DNA of 64,000 bases from Myxococcota bacterium. Its GTDB lineage: Bacteria > Myxococcota_C > UBA6777. Position 1 is the first letter of the stretch. Each line of letters opens with the position of its first letter. Under the pieces are notes generated by a model. The model did no database searches, was not told the DNA's origin, and saw only the letters and a program-made list of their open reading frames with translations. The DNA lies in contig JAKLKB010000011.1 of NCBI GenBank assembly GCA_023150835.1, positions 1-64,000 of the forward strand. Direction: 5' to 3'. Of this stretch, positions 18,212 through 28,927 are shown one piece after another. The translations under genes and the position numbers were made by a program.

Positions 18212-20920
18212 TCAGATCTCCGAAAACAACAACGCATCCCCTTCTTTGCGCCAACGTTGAATCGCGGCTTGGGCCAACTCAAAATTCGCCCATTCTTCGG
18301 CCAACATCCGCCCCATCCAATCACAAAAACGAAATTGTGCGCCCGCTTCTTGCGCTTGCACCCACGCTTCGGGATGCAAACCATCCTCCACCGCACACAC
18401 CAGAGAATATTCTCGGGCCGCCAACAACACTTGCAAGATCATCGACGGCTCTCGCCCGATACTCGGACGCAATACAGCCTGCAATACCACTGAAAGATGG
18501 TACATACCGTTGACACGTTGTGTCGAAAAATGCTCTTGCTGGTTCCGCAGCAACAACGCATCCCAATGCAGATCGGTGGCTTGGACATACGCCGCCTGCA
18601 TCTGTTCGCACGACACCGCACCTTTACTCCAACCCACCCGCGTCTCCACCATCTCCGCAACATCTGCGCGCCACCACGCACCAAACTGCCCCTGATGCCG
18701 CTCCACAAGATGCCCTACCAAACGAAGCATACACCGCTCACGCCAAGAGTCCCCACACACAGGCGCACACAATACGCTCACGAGATCCGACATCTCCCAT
18801 CGGCCTGCCCGCTCTTGCACAAACGACCGAACATCCGCCTCTTCCCGCTCTTGCACAAACGACCGAACATCCGCCTCTTCCCGCTCTTGCACAAACGACC
18901 GAACATCCGCCTCTTCCCACCCTCGCGAAAACCACCAACCCCTCCACAACCCCTCTTCTCCCTTTTCCGTGTTTTCTGTGGACTCTGCCTGTTCTGTCTC
19001 TCCCGTCTCTTCGGTGTTTTGCGAAGCGCGAGACTCCCGTTGGTCGTCTTCCGAGGACACGGGCTTGAGAGACACATCCGATCCCATCATCTGCCCCAAC
19101 ACCACAGAAAGCAGCCGAATCATCGGGATATCTGATTTGGCGCACACCGCACAAATCGCTTGCGCTTCTTCCTTCCAAGGCTCCGCCTCTCCAGCTTCTG
19201 CTGACTGTATCAGCCTGCGCAACACATCCTCTCCATAAACAAACCAGCGCGCATCACTCGACCATTCTCTCACCAACGGGCGCACTCGTTCCGCCTCACC
19301 AAGCAACCAAAACAAACGCGCTCCCAACCAAGCCACATCCGCATCGCGATGATTCAAAAAACCTTCCAACATCGCCTTACGCTCTTTTTGTCGGCAGCTT
19401 TCAAGCAAGCGTTCGCTTTGATGCCACGCAAGCCTCTCTTCTCCACGAGGCTTTTCTCCTACAGCATCGGCCTCAATCGAACGTCCTAACCCGCCCAAGT
19501 ATCGAGGCGCACAAACACCTCTCGACGCATCGGCGATCTCTGCGAGTACTTTTGCGATCTCCATCTTGCGCTCCAACCCCAACAACACCCCGCTGACCAA
19601 CTCGTGATCTGTTGCACGCGATGCCGCCCGTAACATCGGTGAAAGCTCTTCTTCATGGATCTGCCGTCCTAGAGCTTCGGCTGCTGCATGACGCAGCATC
19701 CAGCTTAGATCCTCCGCCATCAACAACGCTTCCAACGGCTTGCGCAATCGCAGCGCATCGACCAATCCCGCAGAATCGATCGTATCGATCAAGCGAAACA
19801 ACAACGACTCGGCCCACCTCCTCCGGTCGGCCTGTAGTTCGCTATCAGACCCGTCTTCTGGAAAGATCTTCGGCCCGAATATCCGCACATGATCTGGTTC
19901 TTGCGTATTCCAAGGAAACCAAAGCGGAAAGCGATCGCGCAACAACAGCCGAAACGAAACGGGCGCACGCCGCGTCACCCACAACCCCCACACTTGGCGA
20001 AACAGTAGCATCAGATCGGCGCTCAAAGCCCCGCCCAACCGACCCAATCGACCACACGCCGCCAACACAGACTCCAAGAGCGCAGGCTCCCTCTGTACCA
20101 ACAGCCCCCGTATCTTCTCGACCACCCAATCGGGCGCTTCGTGCGCAACGTTGCAGATCGACGAAAGCATCAAAGAAAATAAGCCTCTGTCCTGTATCCA
20201 ATCCGACTTTTTAAACAACTCGTCCACAGGCTCCCACAGCCCCAATCGCACCAACAAACACGACGCCACACAAGAGATCTCTGCCTCGTCCTCTTGCGCA
20301 GCCTCCAACAACGCCCTCGCTTCGGCATCTCTGCATTGCGCCCACAACGAGGCCGCACACACCAACCGAACGATCGGCTTGTGGATCTCGATCCCCTCAC
20401 GCAACACCGGTAGCACACGCGGCCCCATCTTGCAAAAAGCCTCGACGAAAAAAAACAACAACTCCCTCCCTCTTTTTTCTATCTGTCCCCGCAAGATCCG
20501 TGCGTTCTCTTCGAGCGGCTCCAACTGCGCCAAACAACCTAACAAAAAATAAGAAGAAACATCTTGCTCTTGCCGCAACACCCGCACGATCTCGCCTCGC
20601 AACGGCTGCGCTTGCGGCCCCAACGCATGCAGCACAAAGCTCGCACTCACCAGCCATTCGTGCCCGGGCGCACGTAACGCTTGTACCAAAGCCTCCCGAT
20701 GTTCCTCGATATCCACCCCCATCTGCGCAAACGTCTCCGCCGCTTCCGCCTGTACGCGCCACGACCCATCCCCCAGCGCCAAACGCAACACCTCTGCCGA
20801 CGTGCCTTGTGCTTTCTTCCCCAACATCCGCAAAGCCCGCACACTCGCGTAGCGTTCCTCACTCCTTTCGCTGCGCAGACCTTGACGAAAACGCTCCACT
20901 TCCTCCAACATACGCACCAC
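18212..20920 (-). CDS. HEAT-repeat (alpha-solenoid) protein
   Basis: 902-aa ORF; DGSWRVQAEAAETF and SWMLRHAAAEALG repeats. Confidence 0.75.
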   Translation of the reverse strand: MVRMLEEVERFRQGLRSERSEERYASVRALRMLGKKAQGTSAEVLRLALGDGSWRVQAEAAETFAQMGVDIEEHREALVQALRAPGHEWLVSASFVLHALGPQAQPLRGEIVRVLRQEQDVSSYFLLGCLAQLEPLEENARILRGQIEKRGRELLFFFVEAFCKMGPRVLPVLREGIEIHKPIVRLVCAASLWAQCRDAEARALLEAAQEDEAEISCVASCLLVRLGLWEPVDELFKKSDWIQDRGLFSLMLSSICNVAHEAPDWVVEKIRGLLVQREPALLESVLAACGRLGRLGGALSADLMLLFRQVWGLWVTRRAPVSFRLLLRDRFPLWFPWNTQEPDHVRIFGPKIFPEDGSDSELQADRRRWAESLLFRLIDTIDSAGLVDALRLRKPLEALLMAEDLSWMLRHAAAEALGRQIHEEELSPMLRAASRATDHELVSGVLLGLERKMEIAKVLAEIADASRGVCAPRYLGGLGRSIEADAVGEKPRGEERLAWHQSERLLESCRQKERKAMLEGFLNHRDADVAWLGARLFWLLGEAERVRPLVREWSSDARWFVYGEDVLRRLIQSAEAGEAEPWKEEAQAICAVCAKSDIPMIRLLSVVLGQMMGSDVSLKPVSSEDDQRESRASQNTEETGETEQAESTENTEKGEEGLWRGWWFSRGWEEADVRSFVQEREEADVRSFVQEREEADVRSFVQERAGRWEMSDLVSVLCAPVCGDSWRERCMLRLVGHLVERHQGQFGAWWRADVAEMVETRVGWSKGAVSCEQMQAAYVQATDLHWDALLLRNQQEHFSTQRVNGMYHLSVVLQAVLRPSIGREPSMILQVLLAAREYSLVCAVEDGLHPEAWVQAQEAGAQFRFCDWMGRMLAEEWANFELAQAAIQRWRKEGDALLFSEI
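18808..18918. repeat. 36-nt x3 in-frame tandem repeat (EEADVRSFVQER)
   Basis: Copies at 18808, 18844 and 18880. Confidence 0.9.
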
Positions 20921-21096
20921 CTAGGGGCCTCCCTCCACGCGGGCATTCTCGCCCTCCATCTGCTGCCTTGACCCTCAACACAAAGATCCAGCAGCCCTTC
21001 TCAACATAGCCCGAAGCCCCCCCCAAAGCGAGAGACCACCGCGCACTTCGTACGCCACTCTCCTAAAAAAGCCCCCTTAGCCCTCGGAGATTTGTC

Positions 21097-22455
21097 ATGA
21101 TCCGCTTCTCGATTTCTCTTCTGTTGTGTCTGTGCCTTGGCCTTGCCCTCTCTTCGTGCGGAGGCCCAGCAGGCGGTGGAAGCGGCCTCGGAGAGATCGT
21201 CGTGATCGCCCAACAAGACGGCGGCACCGAACGCAACACCCTCCCCGAACCCCCGCCCGAACCCCTCTCCCCCGAAGCTCCGCCCGAATCAACACCTGAA
21301 CCCCTCTCCCCCGAAGCTCCGCCCGAATCAACACCCGAACCCCTCTCCCCCGAAGCTCCGCCCGAATCAACACCCGAACCCCTCTCCCCCGAATCAACAC
21401 CCGAATCAGCGCCCGAATCAGCGCCCGAATCAGCGCCCGAACCCACCCCTGACACCCCTTCCACACAACGCTGGATCGGTGAAGCCTGCAACAACGACGC
21501 TCAATGCGCTTACAACGGCGGAAAATGCCTGCTGACCAACTACCCCAACGGCATGTGCAGCCTGTCTTGCGCCCGCACCTGCCCCGACAAAACAGGCCAC
21601 GCTGTCACCTTTTGTATCGATGCCCCCGGCGCTTTCGCAGGCGCAGGAGCCTGTGTCAGCAAGTGCGACTTCAACCTCCACACCCAAACAGGTTGCCGCC
21701 AAGGGTATTATTGCACCTCAAAAGGCCGATACAACGACACTTCCACGCAAGCGATGGTTTGCGTCCCGGGCACAGGCCCCACACCCACTTGCTACCAACA
21801 AGTCGCCCAACTCGGACTCCAATTCACCGTCCGAAACAATCCCAAAGAACACCCCGTCGAAGATCCCAGCCTAACCTGCGACGTGATCGATGCCCTCTCT
21901 CTCGATCCCTCCATACACGGCGTCACTTGGGTCAACGGCAACAATACCGCCAGCGCCATGTTCATGCGCTGCGAATTCGCCCTCGCCATGTCCAAGTTCA
22001 GCAAATACCTCGCCGCACGCGGCATCACCAAAGTCATGCACTACGGCACTTACAACTGCCGAGGTATCCGCACCGACAGCGGACAAACCGCCAATCTCAG
22101 CCAACACGGACTTGGCCGCGCCATCGACCTCGCCGCCTTTTGGAATGCCCAAGGCGTCGAATACAACCTCTACAAACACTGGGATCACAGCACCACATGG
22201 AAAAACGCCAGCGGACAGATGGGATGCTGGTCTTCTCAGTTCAATAGCCCCCAAGCCAAGGTCCTCTACGAGATCGGCTGCGAGATGTGGAAACAAAACA
22301 TCTTTTCCCTCGTCCTCACACCCAACTACAACAACGTCCACGACAATCACTTCCACGTCGACCTCAGCAGCAACGGAAAAGTCTACACACCCTTCCCCCT
22401 CCCCGTCATCCAACCCCACGACTCCACTCCCTCCCACTCCTCTTGCTCCCACTAA
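21097..22455 (+). CDS. Lipoprotein: Pro/Glu linker, Cys-rich domain and extensin-like C-terminal (M15-like Zn peptidase) domain
   Basis: LALSSC lipobox; GTYNCR, SQHGLGRAIDL and TPNYNNVHDNHFHVD motifs. Confidence 0.8.
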   Translation: MIRFSISLLLCLCLGLALSSCGGPAGGGSGLGEIVVIAQQDGGTERNTLPEPPPEPLSPEAPPESTPEPLSPEAPPESTPEPLSPEAPPESTPEPLSPESTPESAPESAPESAPEPTPDTPSTQRWIGEACNNDAQCAYNGGKCLLTNYPNGMCSLSCARTCPDKTGHAVTFCIDAPGAFAGAGACVSKCDFNLHTQTGCRQGYYCTSKGRYNDTSTQAMVCVPGTGPTPTCYQQVAQLGLQFTVRNNPKEHPVEDPSLTCDVIDALSLDPSIHGVTWVNGNNTASAMFMRCEFALAMSKFSKYLAARGITKVMHYGTYNCRGIRTDSGQTANLSQHGLGRAIDLAAFWNAQGVEYNLYKHWDHSTTWKNASGQMGCWSSQFNSPQAKVLYEIGCEMWKQNIFSLVLTPNYNNVHDNHFHVDLSSNGKVYTPFPLPVIQPHDSTPSHSSCSH

Positions 22456-22460
22456 CCTCA

Positions 22461-22574
22461 TACGATATCCGAGTGATGTACACAGCAAACGAGAGTACGC
22501 AGATGCCCGATTCTTGGGCAGCCACACCTGTCTGCCCCTACCTCTTTACGGTCACGCAACGGGCGGATCTCGTC
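22461..22574 (+). mobile_element. MITE-like element, family B
   Basis: tacgatatccgagtgat...gggcagccacacctgtctgcccctac...gggcggatctcgt. Confidence 0.65.
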
Positions 22575-22917
22575 TCACTTCCCCGTCAGTTGAACTTGGC
22601 TTGCGCCTGCTCATTTCCTCTCGCTCCTCTCGCTCCCACTCGCCTCACTTCCTCCCCCGCATACCTGCTCCAACATACCCTATCTACCGCCTTTTTTCCT
22701 TCCTCGAAAAACAGGCACCCTACTCCTCTCCCCCATCTACCGCGATCTCGCCTGTCTTGAAAAACCACACAGAAAAAACCAACACTCTTGCACATTTTTC
22801 TTGCGGCTTTTGGATCGCGTGGTATTAGCCATCTCAAACAGACGACACACAAGCGCAAGACAACCATCCCGATGCGCTTGCGAAACCTTTTTTCCCCACA
22901 ACACAGGAGGATGCAAG

Positions 22918-23439
22918 ATGTCAGATATCCATTGGCCACTTTACGAGCGTGTCCTCGAACAAGCCAGCGCACAAGACTTTGTTGACGAGTGGGACTTCGC
23001 TCCCTTGCACCTTCTCTGGGGTGATGAACACGAGATCGCAGATGCTGAAGGCGTCGACTTTGATCTCGGTGGGCTTTTGTTGCTTGGCGAAACTTCCGAT
23101 GGAGCCGTATACGCCTCGTTTGTCGACGAAGAAGACCTCTCTCCCACCGCCCTCAACGCCTCTCCTGTCTTGATCCTCTTCCCCAACGGCGACTATTACA
23201 CCGTCGCCAGCGACTTTCTCTCTTTTGTGATCCTGATGACCGAAACCTGCGGCGCTCCCTACCAGATGCACGGACTCCTCGAAGATGACGAGATCGAAGC
23301 GGCCCTCGAAGAAATGAAAGAAGAGATGGGCCCCGATGCCTACGACTTCGGCGTCCATATCCTCGCTGCCCTCAGCGTCGAAGAAGCCGATGTTGTTCAA
23401 CTTGTGATCGACGCCCAATCCATCGACGTCGAACTCTAA
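22918..23439 (+). CDS. Acidic hypothetical protein, possibly SMI1/KNR4 (SUKH) immunity-like
   Basis: AGGAGG RBS; LLGETSDGAVYA...PVLIL...GDYYTVASDFLSFV pattern. Confidence 0.65.
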   Translation: MSDIHWPLYERVLEQASAQDFVDEWDFAPLHLLWGDEHEIADAEGVDFDLGGLLLLGETSDGAVYASFVDEEDLSPTALNASPVLILFPNGDYYTVASDFLSFVILMTETCGAPYQMHGLLEDDEIEAALEEMKEEMGPDAYDFGVHILAALSVEEADVVQLVIDAQSIDVEL

Positions 23440-23456
23440 TCCCCAAACCTACCTGA

Positions 23457-24101
23457 TCACGGAATCCCTACAATCTTGTGCGTTTGCAGACTCAAGCGCC
23501 AGCGCGGGTGCTGCAAGCAGTATTGCACCACAGCCGCTGTATGCTCGATTCGTTTCGGCCCGTCCATCGGCTGTAAAAAGAAATGGTCAAACGCCATCGC
23601 CTCGAATTGCTCGGGTGGAGCGTCTGTTTGTGGATAAACCAGCTTGATCTCCTGCCCGTGACGTTGCACCAAGACAGCACCCGCCTTCGGACTGACACAG
23701 ATCCAGTCGATGCCTTCGGGGGCTTCGATCGTCCCGTTGGTTTCGACCGCCACGATCAGCCCTTGCGCATGAAACGCATCGATCAACGCACGATCCAACT
23801 GCAACAACGGCTCTCCGCCCGTACAAACCACGTAGGGCTGCCCCAAAAGCCGCCCGCCTTCTCCTCGCGGCCATAACCCCGCAACAACCGCTGCAAGCGC
23901 ACTCGCCTCCGCAAAACGCCCTCCACCCTCGCCATCCACGCCCACAAAATCCGTATCACAAAAGCGGCAGATCGCTTGCGCACGATCTTTTTCTCGACCA
24001 CTCCACAAGTTGCAACCCGCAAAACGACAAAATACGGCTGGACGGCCCACCTGCGCTCCCTCTCCTTGGAGGGTATAAAAGATCTCTTTCACTGCGTACA
24101 T
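23457..24101 (-). CDS. queE: 7-carboxy-7-deazaguanine synthase (Cx14CxxC type)
   Basis: KEIFYTLQGEG, RFAGCNLW...CRFCDT, TGGEP, ETNG, VSPK, SLQTHK. Confidence 0.95.
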   Translation of the reverse strand: MYAVKEIFYTLQGEGAQVGRPAVFCRFAGCNLWSGREKDRAQAICRFCDTDFVGVDGEGGGRFAEASALAAVVAGLWPRGEGGRLLGQPYVVCTGGEPLLQLDRALIDAFHAQGLIVAVETNGTIEAPEGIDWICVSPKAGAVLVQRHGQEIKLVYPQTDAPPEQFEAMAFDHFFLQPMDGPKRIEHTAAVVQYCLQHPRWRLSLQTHKIVGIP

Positions 24102-24287
24102 ACGACCTTCTCAATTTTTTCAATGTTCTGTCGGTTCGGTTGTTGACAACAATCTGACACAAACGTCGGCACAAAAACCAGTACCTCGTTTGCTTTGGGC
24201 GTGATACAACGTCTCTCTCCGCTTGCCAAGACACCATCACTCCCAACACGCCGTGTCTGCGCACTTTTCACTTCACACGAGGACACC

Positions 24288-25787
24288 ATGCAACCCCTTC
24301 CAAACACAACACCGTCACCCATCGAACCTTCCGCACCGCTCAAACAAGACGATCTGTGGATTCATCGCGTCCACATCAAACAGGTCGCGGAACCCAAAAC
24401 ATCCTACAAAACCGCCTATCTATTGCTCTTCATGTTTGGATGGCTCGGCGCACACCGCTATTATCTGCGGCGTTGGCTTTCTGGGCTCCTTTACACCTTC
24501 ACGTTTGGCTTTTTTGGCCTTGGCATCGCAGCGGATCTGTTGCTGACCTTTTTTATGGTCCGCGAAGCACGCGCCCGCGAGATCGGCCTTGATCTGACGG
24601 CTACACCGAGCCTTGCCATCGCCCCACAATGGGCGCAGACCACCGATCGCACCAACTACATCGGCCTCGCGCTGCGTTTGATCCTCTTTGTGGCGCTCCC
24701 TCCGGCCCTTGTGATGATGGCCATCGCCTTCCGCCTTGATCTGCTTGTGGCGTTAACCACTTTCCTTTTGTTGTTTGCCTTTGTCGTCGGCTCGATCGAC
24801 TTGGGCCTCACCAACGCCGAAAAGATGGGCGAAAACCCGATCATCCAGCGTATCCCTTTCCTCACCACTGTCCTCACCACCATCCGCAGCTTTCAAGACC
24901 ACTACACCGAACACAAACCTCGCTCCGTCATCTACTACCTTTTCTTCCCCATCGTCGGCTTTCCGATGATGCTCTTCTCCAAAAAAGCCCGCGCCGAATT
25001 TCGCGTCTATTGGGCCATCATCTTGCTTCTAGGCAGCGGCATCTTGTGGGACGCCGTCAACAACTATTCCCTGATCTATCCCCCTTACACGGGACCACGC
25101 GAGCTTTTCATCTACACCAGCGGCTCCCTCTTCTTTGTCTTGATCCTCTCCACCTCCATGACCATGCCCACCGTCACCACAAGCTTCTATCTCTCCATGA
25201 CAGGGCGGCAACGCACCTTACGCATTATCGCCGGCATCACCGCCCTTTTCACCTTCTCCATCGCTTTTGTCGCCTACCGCGAACGCACCCAATGGGTCTC
25301 CCCTCGCGCAAACATCACCCTCCCTGCAAAGCTCGAACACGAACGCTTTCGCCGAGAACTTCGCCCTCTCGTCGAGATGTTCACTCTCTACTATGCCCCC
25401 AGAAACTCCCTCGAACTCTGCGCTCGCCAAGGCGTCCTCTACTCCGAAGAACAAACCTACCTCTTGCGTCGTTCTCTTGCCGGACTCTTCCGCCCCGAAG
25501 AACGACCTGCCCTCCACCTCTTGCACATCTGCCCCACCGAAGGCCGTGTCCGACCTTGGCTCGCTCTACTCGTCACCCCCGATATCATGGGCAACAAAGA
25601 CAAAGCCTGTCTGATCTATCTCAGCGCTCCGAGCGGCACCTTGATCGAGCGTTGGCATCAACTCCCCCCTCTCCTCCAACAGCAATTCCACTTCGGCCCC
25701 GTCCCACAAGCCCCCAAATACCGACCCCATCAGATCACCCATCCTTTGCTCCTCGAAGACAGCATCCGCTTTCCTTACGGAAAATAG
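24288..25787 (+). CDS. TM2-domain multi-pass membrane protein
   Basis: TAYLLLFMFGWLGAHRYYL...GLLYTFTFGFFGLGIAADL (TM2) plus further TM helices. Confidence 0.8.
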   Translation: MQPLPNTTPSPIEPSAPLKQDDLWIHRVHIKQVAEPKTSYKTAYLLLFMFGWLGAHRYYLRRWLSGLLYTFTFGFFGLGIAADLLLTFFMVREARAREIGLDLTATPSLAIAPQWAQTTDRTNYIGLALRLILFVALPPALVMMAIAFRLDLLVALTTFLLLFAFVVGSIDLGLTNAEKMGENPIIQRIPFLTTVLTTIRSFQDHYTEHKPRSVIYYLFFPIVGFPMMLFSKKARAEFRVYWAIILLLGSGILWDAVNNYSLIYPPYTGPRELFIYTSGSLFFVLILSTSMTMPTVTTSFYLSMTGRQRTLRIIAGITALFTFSIAFVAYRERTQWVSPRANITLPAKLEHERFRRELRPLVEMFTLYYAPRNSLELCARQGVLYSEEQTYLLRRSLAGLFRPEERPALHLLHICPTEGRVRPWLALLVTPDIMGNKDKACLIYLSAPSGTLIERWHQLPPLLQQQFHFGPVPQAPKYRPHQITHPLLLEDSIRFPYGK

Positions 25788-25874
25788 CCTTCCCAACCGA
25801 CTCACGCAGCCACTAAAAAACCCGTGTTCGTGCCACTCCAAGCGACAGCCTCGTCCGTGTCAAAAACCTCCGAT

Positions 25875-25937
25875 CTCTTCGCCTACACGGGGTCAAGGGG
25901 GCCGAGACCCCTTGCGGGGTATGGGGCAGCGCCCCAC
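25875..25937. repeat. Dispersed REP-like repeat, family A (reverse orientation)
   Basis: ctcttcgcctacacggggtcaagggg...ggggcagcgcccc. Confidence 0.65.
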
Positions 25938-26021
25938 AAAAATCATCCCACAAGTCCCGTGAAAAACAGCACTAAAACCCATCAAAAAAACATTAAAATA
26001 CATCAAAAATCAAGAAAGAAA

Positions 26022-27341
26022 ATGACAAAACACACCCGAGAGATACAAGAATACCTACAAAAGCGCCGCGCTGTACCGCCGCAAATCGCGGCCCCTCCCG
26101 CAAAAGAGCTTGGGCTGTGTGTGGTGATCCCAGCCCACGATGAACCCGATATCGAAGGGGTGTTGGCTTCGCTTTGGGCGTGCGACCCTCCGACTGTTGG
26201 CGTCGAAGTGATCGTCGTCGTCAATGCACCAGAAGGCGCATCCCTCGACGTCTGCGAACGCAACCGCGCCGTTTGCGAACAAGCTGCCCGCTGGCAGGTC
26301 CAACCGCCCCATCACGCTCTCACCCTGCACTTGATCGAACAAACGCAACTGCCGCGCAAACACGCAGGGGTTGGACTTGCCCGAAAGATCGGGATGGATG
26401 AAGCAGCAGCGCGACTGGCCTCCGTCGGGCGAGCGCATGGCATCATCGCTTGTTTGGATGCCGATTGCACCGTCGCCCCCAACTATCTACAAGCCTTAAA
26501 ACGCGGTTTTGCCCAAGACAGCACACACGCCGCCGCCATCCACTTTGAACACCCGATCCCTCCCGATGCCCGCTTCTGGACGGACCTCTCTCGCGAACAA
26601 CGGGCCATCTGCCTCTACGAATTGTTCTTACGCTACTACATCCACGCCCAGCGATGGGCCGATCTGCCCTTTGCCTACCAGACAGTCGGCTCGTCGATGG
26701 CGGTACGCGCTCTGGCCTACGCCCGACAGGGTGGCATGAACAAGCGTCAAGCTGGTGAAGACTTCTATTTCCTCCAAAAACTGATCCGCTACGGTGGCGT
26801 GGTGGATATCACCGAAACAACGGTGTTTCCGTCAGCACGTTGTTCGCATCGTGTCCCTTTTGGGACGGGGCGCGCCATGCAAGCGATCTTGCAACACGAA
26901 ATACCACGCTATGAAACCTATCCGCTCGAAGTCTTCGCCCTTTTGCGTGACTGGCTCCCTCAAGTCTGGACCCTGTGGGACGCAGATGCTTTGGCTTGGA
27001 AACACCATCTCGACCAAATCCCCGAACCTTTGCGCGGATTCTTGGACAAACAACGATTCCTCGACAAGATCCAAGAGATCCGCTCCAACGCCCCAAGCCT
27101 CGGGACTTTTCGCAAACGCTTTTGGGACTGGTGGGATGCCTTTCAACTGATGAAATGGGCGCACGAAGCACGCGAAACCCTCTACCCCCTCCAGCCCGTC
27201 GAACACGCCTGCGTTCGCCTTTTCTCCGCTCATGGAATCCACCTATCCCCCGAAGAATCCGACCCGTTGGCTTTGCTACACCGTATGCGCGTGATCGATC
27301 GCAGACACGAAGAGTTGATCTCCCATCGCGCTCCCCGATGA
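26022..27341 (+). CDS. Glycosyltransferase family 2 (GT-A) protein
   Basis: VVIPAHDE, GVGLARKIG, LDAD (DxD), AGEDFYF. Confidence 0.88.
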   Translation: MTKHTREIQEYLQKRRAVPPQIAAPPAKELGLCVVIPAHDEPDIEGVLASLWACDPPTVGVEVIVVVNAPEGASLDVCERNRAVCEQAARWQVQPPHHALTLHLIEQTQLPRKHAGVGLARKIGMDEAAARLASVGRAHGIIACLDADCTVAPNYLQALKRGFAQDSTHAAAIHFEHPIPPDARFWTDLSREQRAICLYELFLRYYIHAQRWADLPFAYQTVGSSMAVRALAYARQGGMNKRQAGEDFYFLQKLIRYGGVVDITETTVFPSARCSHRVPFGTGRAMQAILQHEIPRYETYPLEVFALLRDWLPQVWTLWDADALAWKHHLDQIPEPLRGFLDKQRFLDKIQEIRSNAPSLGTFRKRFWDWWDAFQLMKWAHEARETLYPLQPVEHACVRLFSAHGIHLSPEESDPLALLHRMRVIDRRHEELISHRAPR

Positions 27342-27457
27342 AAATAAGCACAAGCACGAAGAAAAAACTGCGGTGCATCCGAGCGTTTGATTTTTTTGAT
27401 CGTGCTTATGCGTAGGTGGGAGCGCTCTCAGATATCCGGCGAGATCAACTCGACCGC

Positions 27458-28624
27458 CTAATATCGTTTCTTTTTGTACGTGGTTTGTTGGCAAAAGCCA
27501 TCGCGTTCGCGGCAAGTGAGTTTCGTACAATTATCTTTAAAATCACATCGCTCCTCGATCGAATGGTCGCTTTCCCAAACGTGTGTTTTTTTCCACTCCG
27601 CTTCAAAATTGATTTCGATGCGCTTGCGTTCATGGCCTGCCCTATTCCACTCGTGAAAAAGATATCGACGTTTTTTTTGATCGTATGTCTTCGTTTGTTT
27701 TTTTTGACCGTTGTTATACCACTCGGTGTAAGTGCCATGCGTTTCGCTAATTACCCCATACAACGCATAAAAAGACTCCGTCCATTTTTTTCCGTTCGTA
27801 TGCCAACTTGTTTCTCGGCATTTTCTTTTTTTATCGCAAAAAACATCTTTCTGTTTTACGCCATGTGGCCACCAATACGTTTCTTTTTTTTCATACTGAT
27901 CGGGATGGTGAATTCTTTCAAAAATTTTCTGACCCGATGCGTTCCATTGAGAGCGTACGCAAGTATAGATAGGAACAAGTTTACAGATTTTTTCCTCCTG
28001 CTTTTTTCCATTCATATACCAATAGGTATCTACTGTTTTTTGAGGAAGATATATTTTTTCTCGCTGTTTCGAGCCGTTGGGAAACCAAAAAACTGTTTTG
28101 ACGAGCTTTCCTTTCTCGTGAAAATCTCGACGAGCAGGCTGCCAAAAAGAATGCCATCGTTGTTGATATTGATGCCAAAGAATACCCACGACTTCGTGAA
28201 GCGCCAGAGACGCAATCAAGCAGAGGCCAACGATCCAAAACAAGCGATGAGATCTCCGCAGCCACACGCGAAGGCGGGTGGATGTTTGGAAGGCGACAAA
28301 GAGATGACCAAGCACGGACAAGACAACAACAAGAGGAATTCCCAAAAAAATAGCGATGCCAAAAATCGGCTCTCCCGCTCTCGTTACACGACGAGGCCCC
28401 TGTAGATAGATGATCCACTGCGCATAATCAACGATAACGACGGCGCTCACAGCGATGTTAATCAGAAAAAAAAGAATAGAAAAGAGCACAAAAAAAGAAA
28501 AAGTAAGAGGCTTTTGAGGAGGCGGTACACGATCTTTGTTTCGCCTCCCATCGCGAAAGATCACAACAAAGGCCACAACAAGAAAAGCCAAAGCAAGGGT
28601 CGGTACAGAAATCAAAAGAGACAT
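27458..28624 (-). CDS. Membrane protein with MORN-variant (YwqK-like) repeats
   Basis: About 4 TM helices, then repeats WFPNGSKQRE, WYMNGKKQEE, WHTNGKKWTE, EWYNNGQKK; visibly AT-richer than its flanks. Confidence 0.75.
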   Translation of the reverse strand: MSLLISVPTLALAFLVVAFVVIFRDGRRNKDRVPPPQKPLTFSFFVLFSILFFLINIAVSAVVIVDYAQWIIYLQGPRRVTRAGEPIFGIAIFLGIPLVVVLSVLGHLFVAFQTSTRLRVWLRRSHRLFWIVGLCLIASLALHEVVGILWHQYQQRWHSFWQPARRDFHEKGKLVKTVFWFPNGSKQREKIYLPQKTVDTYWYMNGKKQEEKICKLVPIYTCVRSQWNASGQKIFERIHHPDQYEKKETYWWPHGVKQKDVFCDKKRKCRETSWHTNGKKWTESFYALYGVISETHGTYTEWYNNGQKKQTKTYDQKKRRYLFHEWNRAGHERKRIEINFEAEWKKTHVWESDHSIEERCDFKDNCTKLTCRERDGFCQQTTYKKKRY

Positions 28625-28927
28625 TTCTTTCCCTCCTTTATCTCATGACGAACATCGCGATCACACGCTTGCACGATCGTGTTGCGTCAAGTCGGATATC
28701 AACGCAGAAGTGTTGAACATAATCGACAACCTCAGCAAAGTCGACGTTCCCCCGCAACGCCACCAACTTCCCCACAAGCCGATACAAGCGCTTACCACCG
28801 CGTTCTGATCCACCACGTAACTTTTCCCTCACACAAGCCGATACTCCAAAACGCATCACGACGCCCCACCTTGTGCCCGCTACCAACTCTTTAACCATTC
28901 TCCCCTTTTTTCTTGGAGACTTTTTCT

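Noticed and set aside
24102..24287. preQ1 riboswitch upstream of queE, or a 7-deazaguanine DNA-modification cluster
   Set aside because: No riboswitch consensus was seen and there are no queC, queD, folE or dpd genes; only a short palindrome TTGTTGACAACAA of unknown meaning.
27416..28405. 329-aa Phe-rich plus-strand ORF
   Set aside because: Antisense to the MORN-variant gene; no motif of its own.
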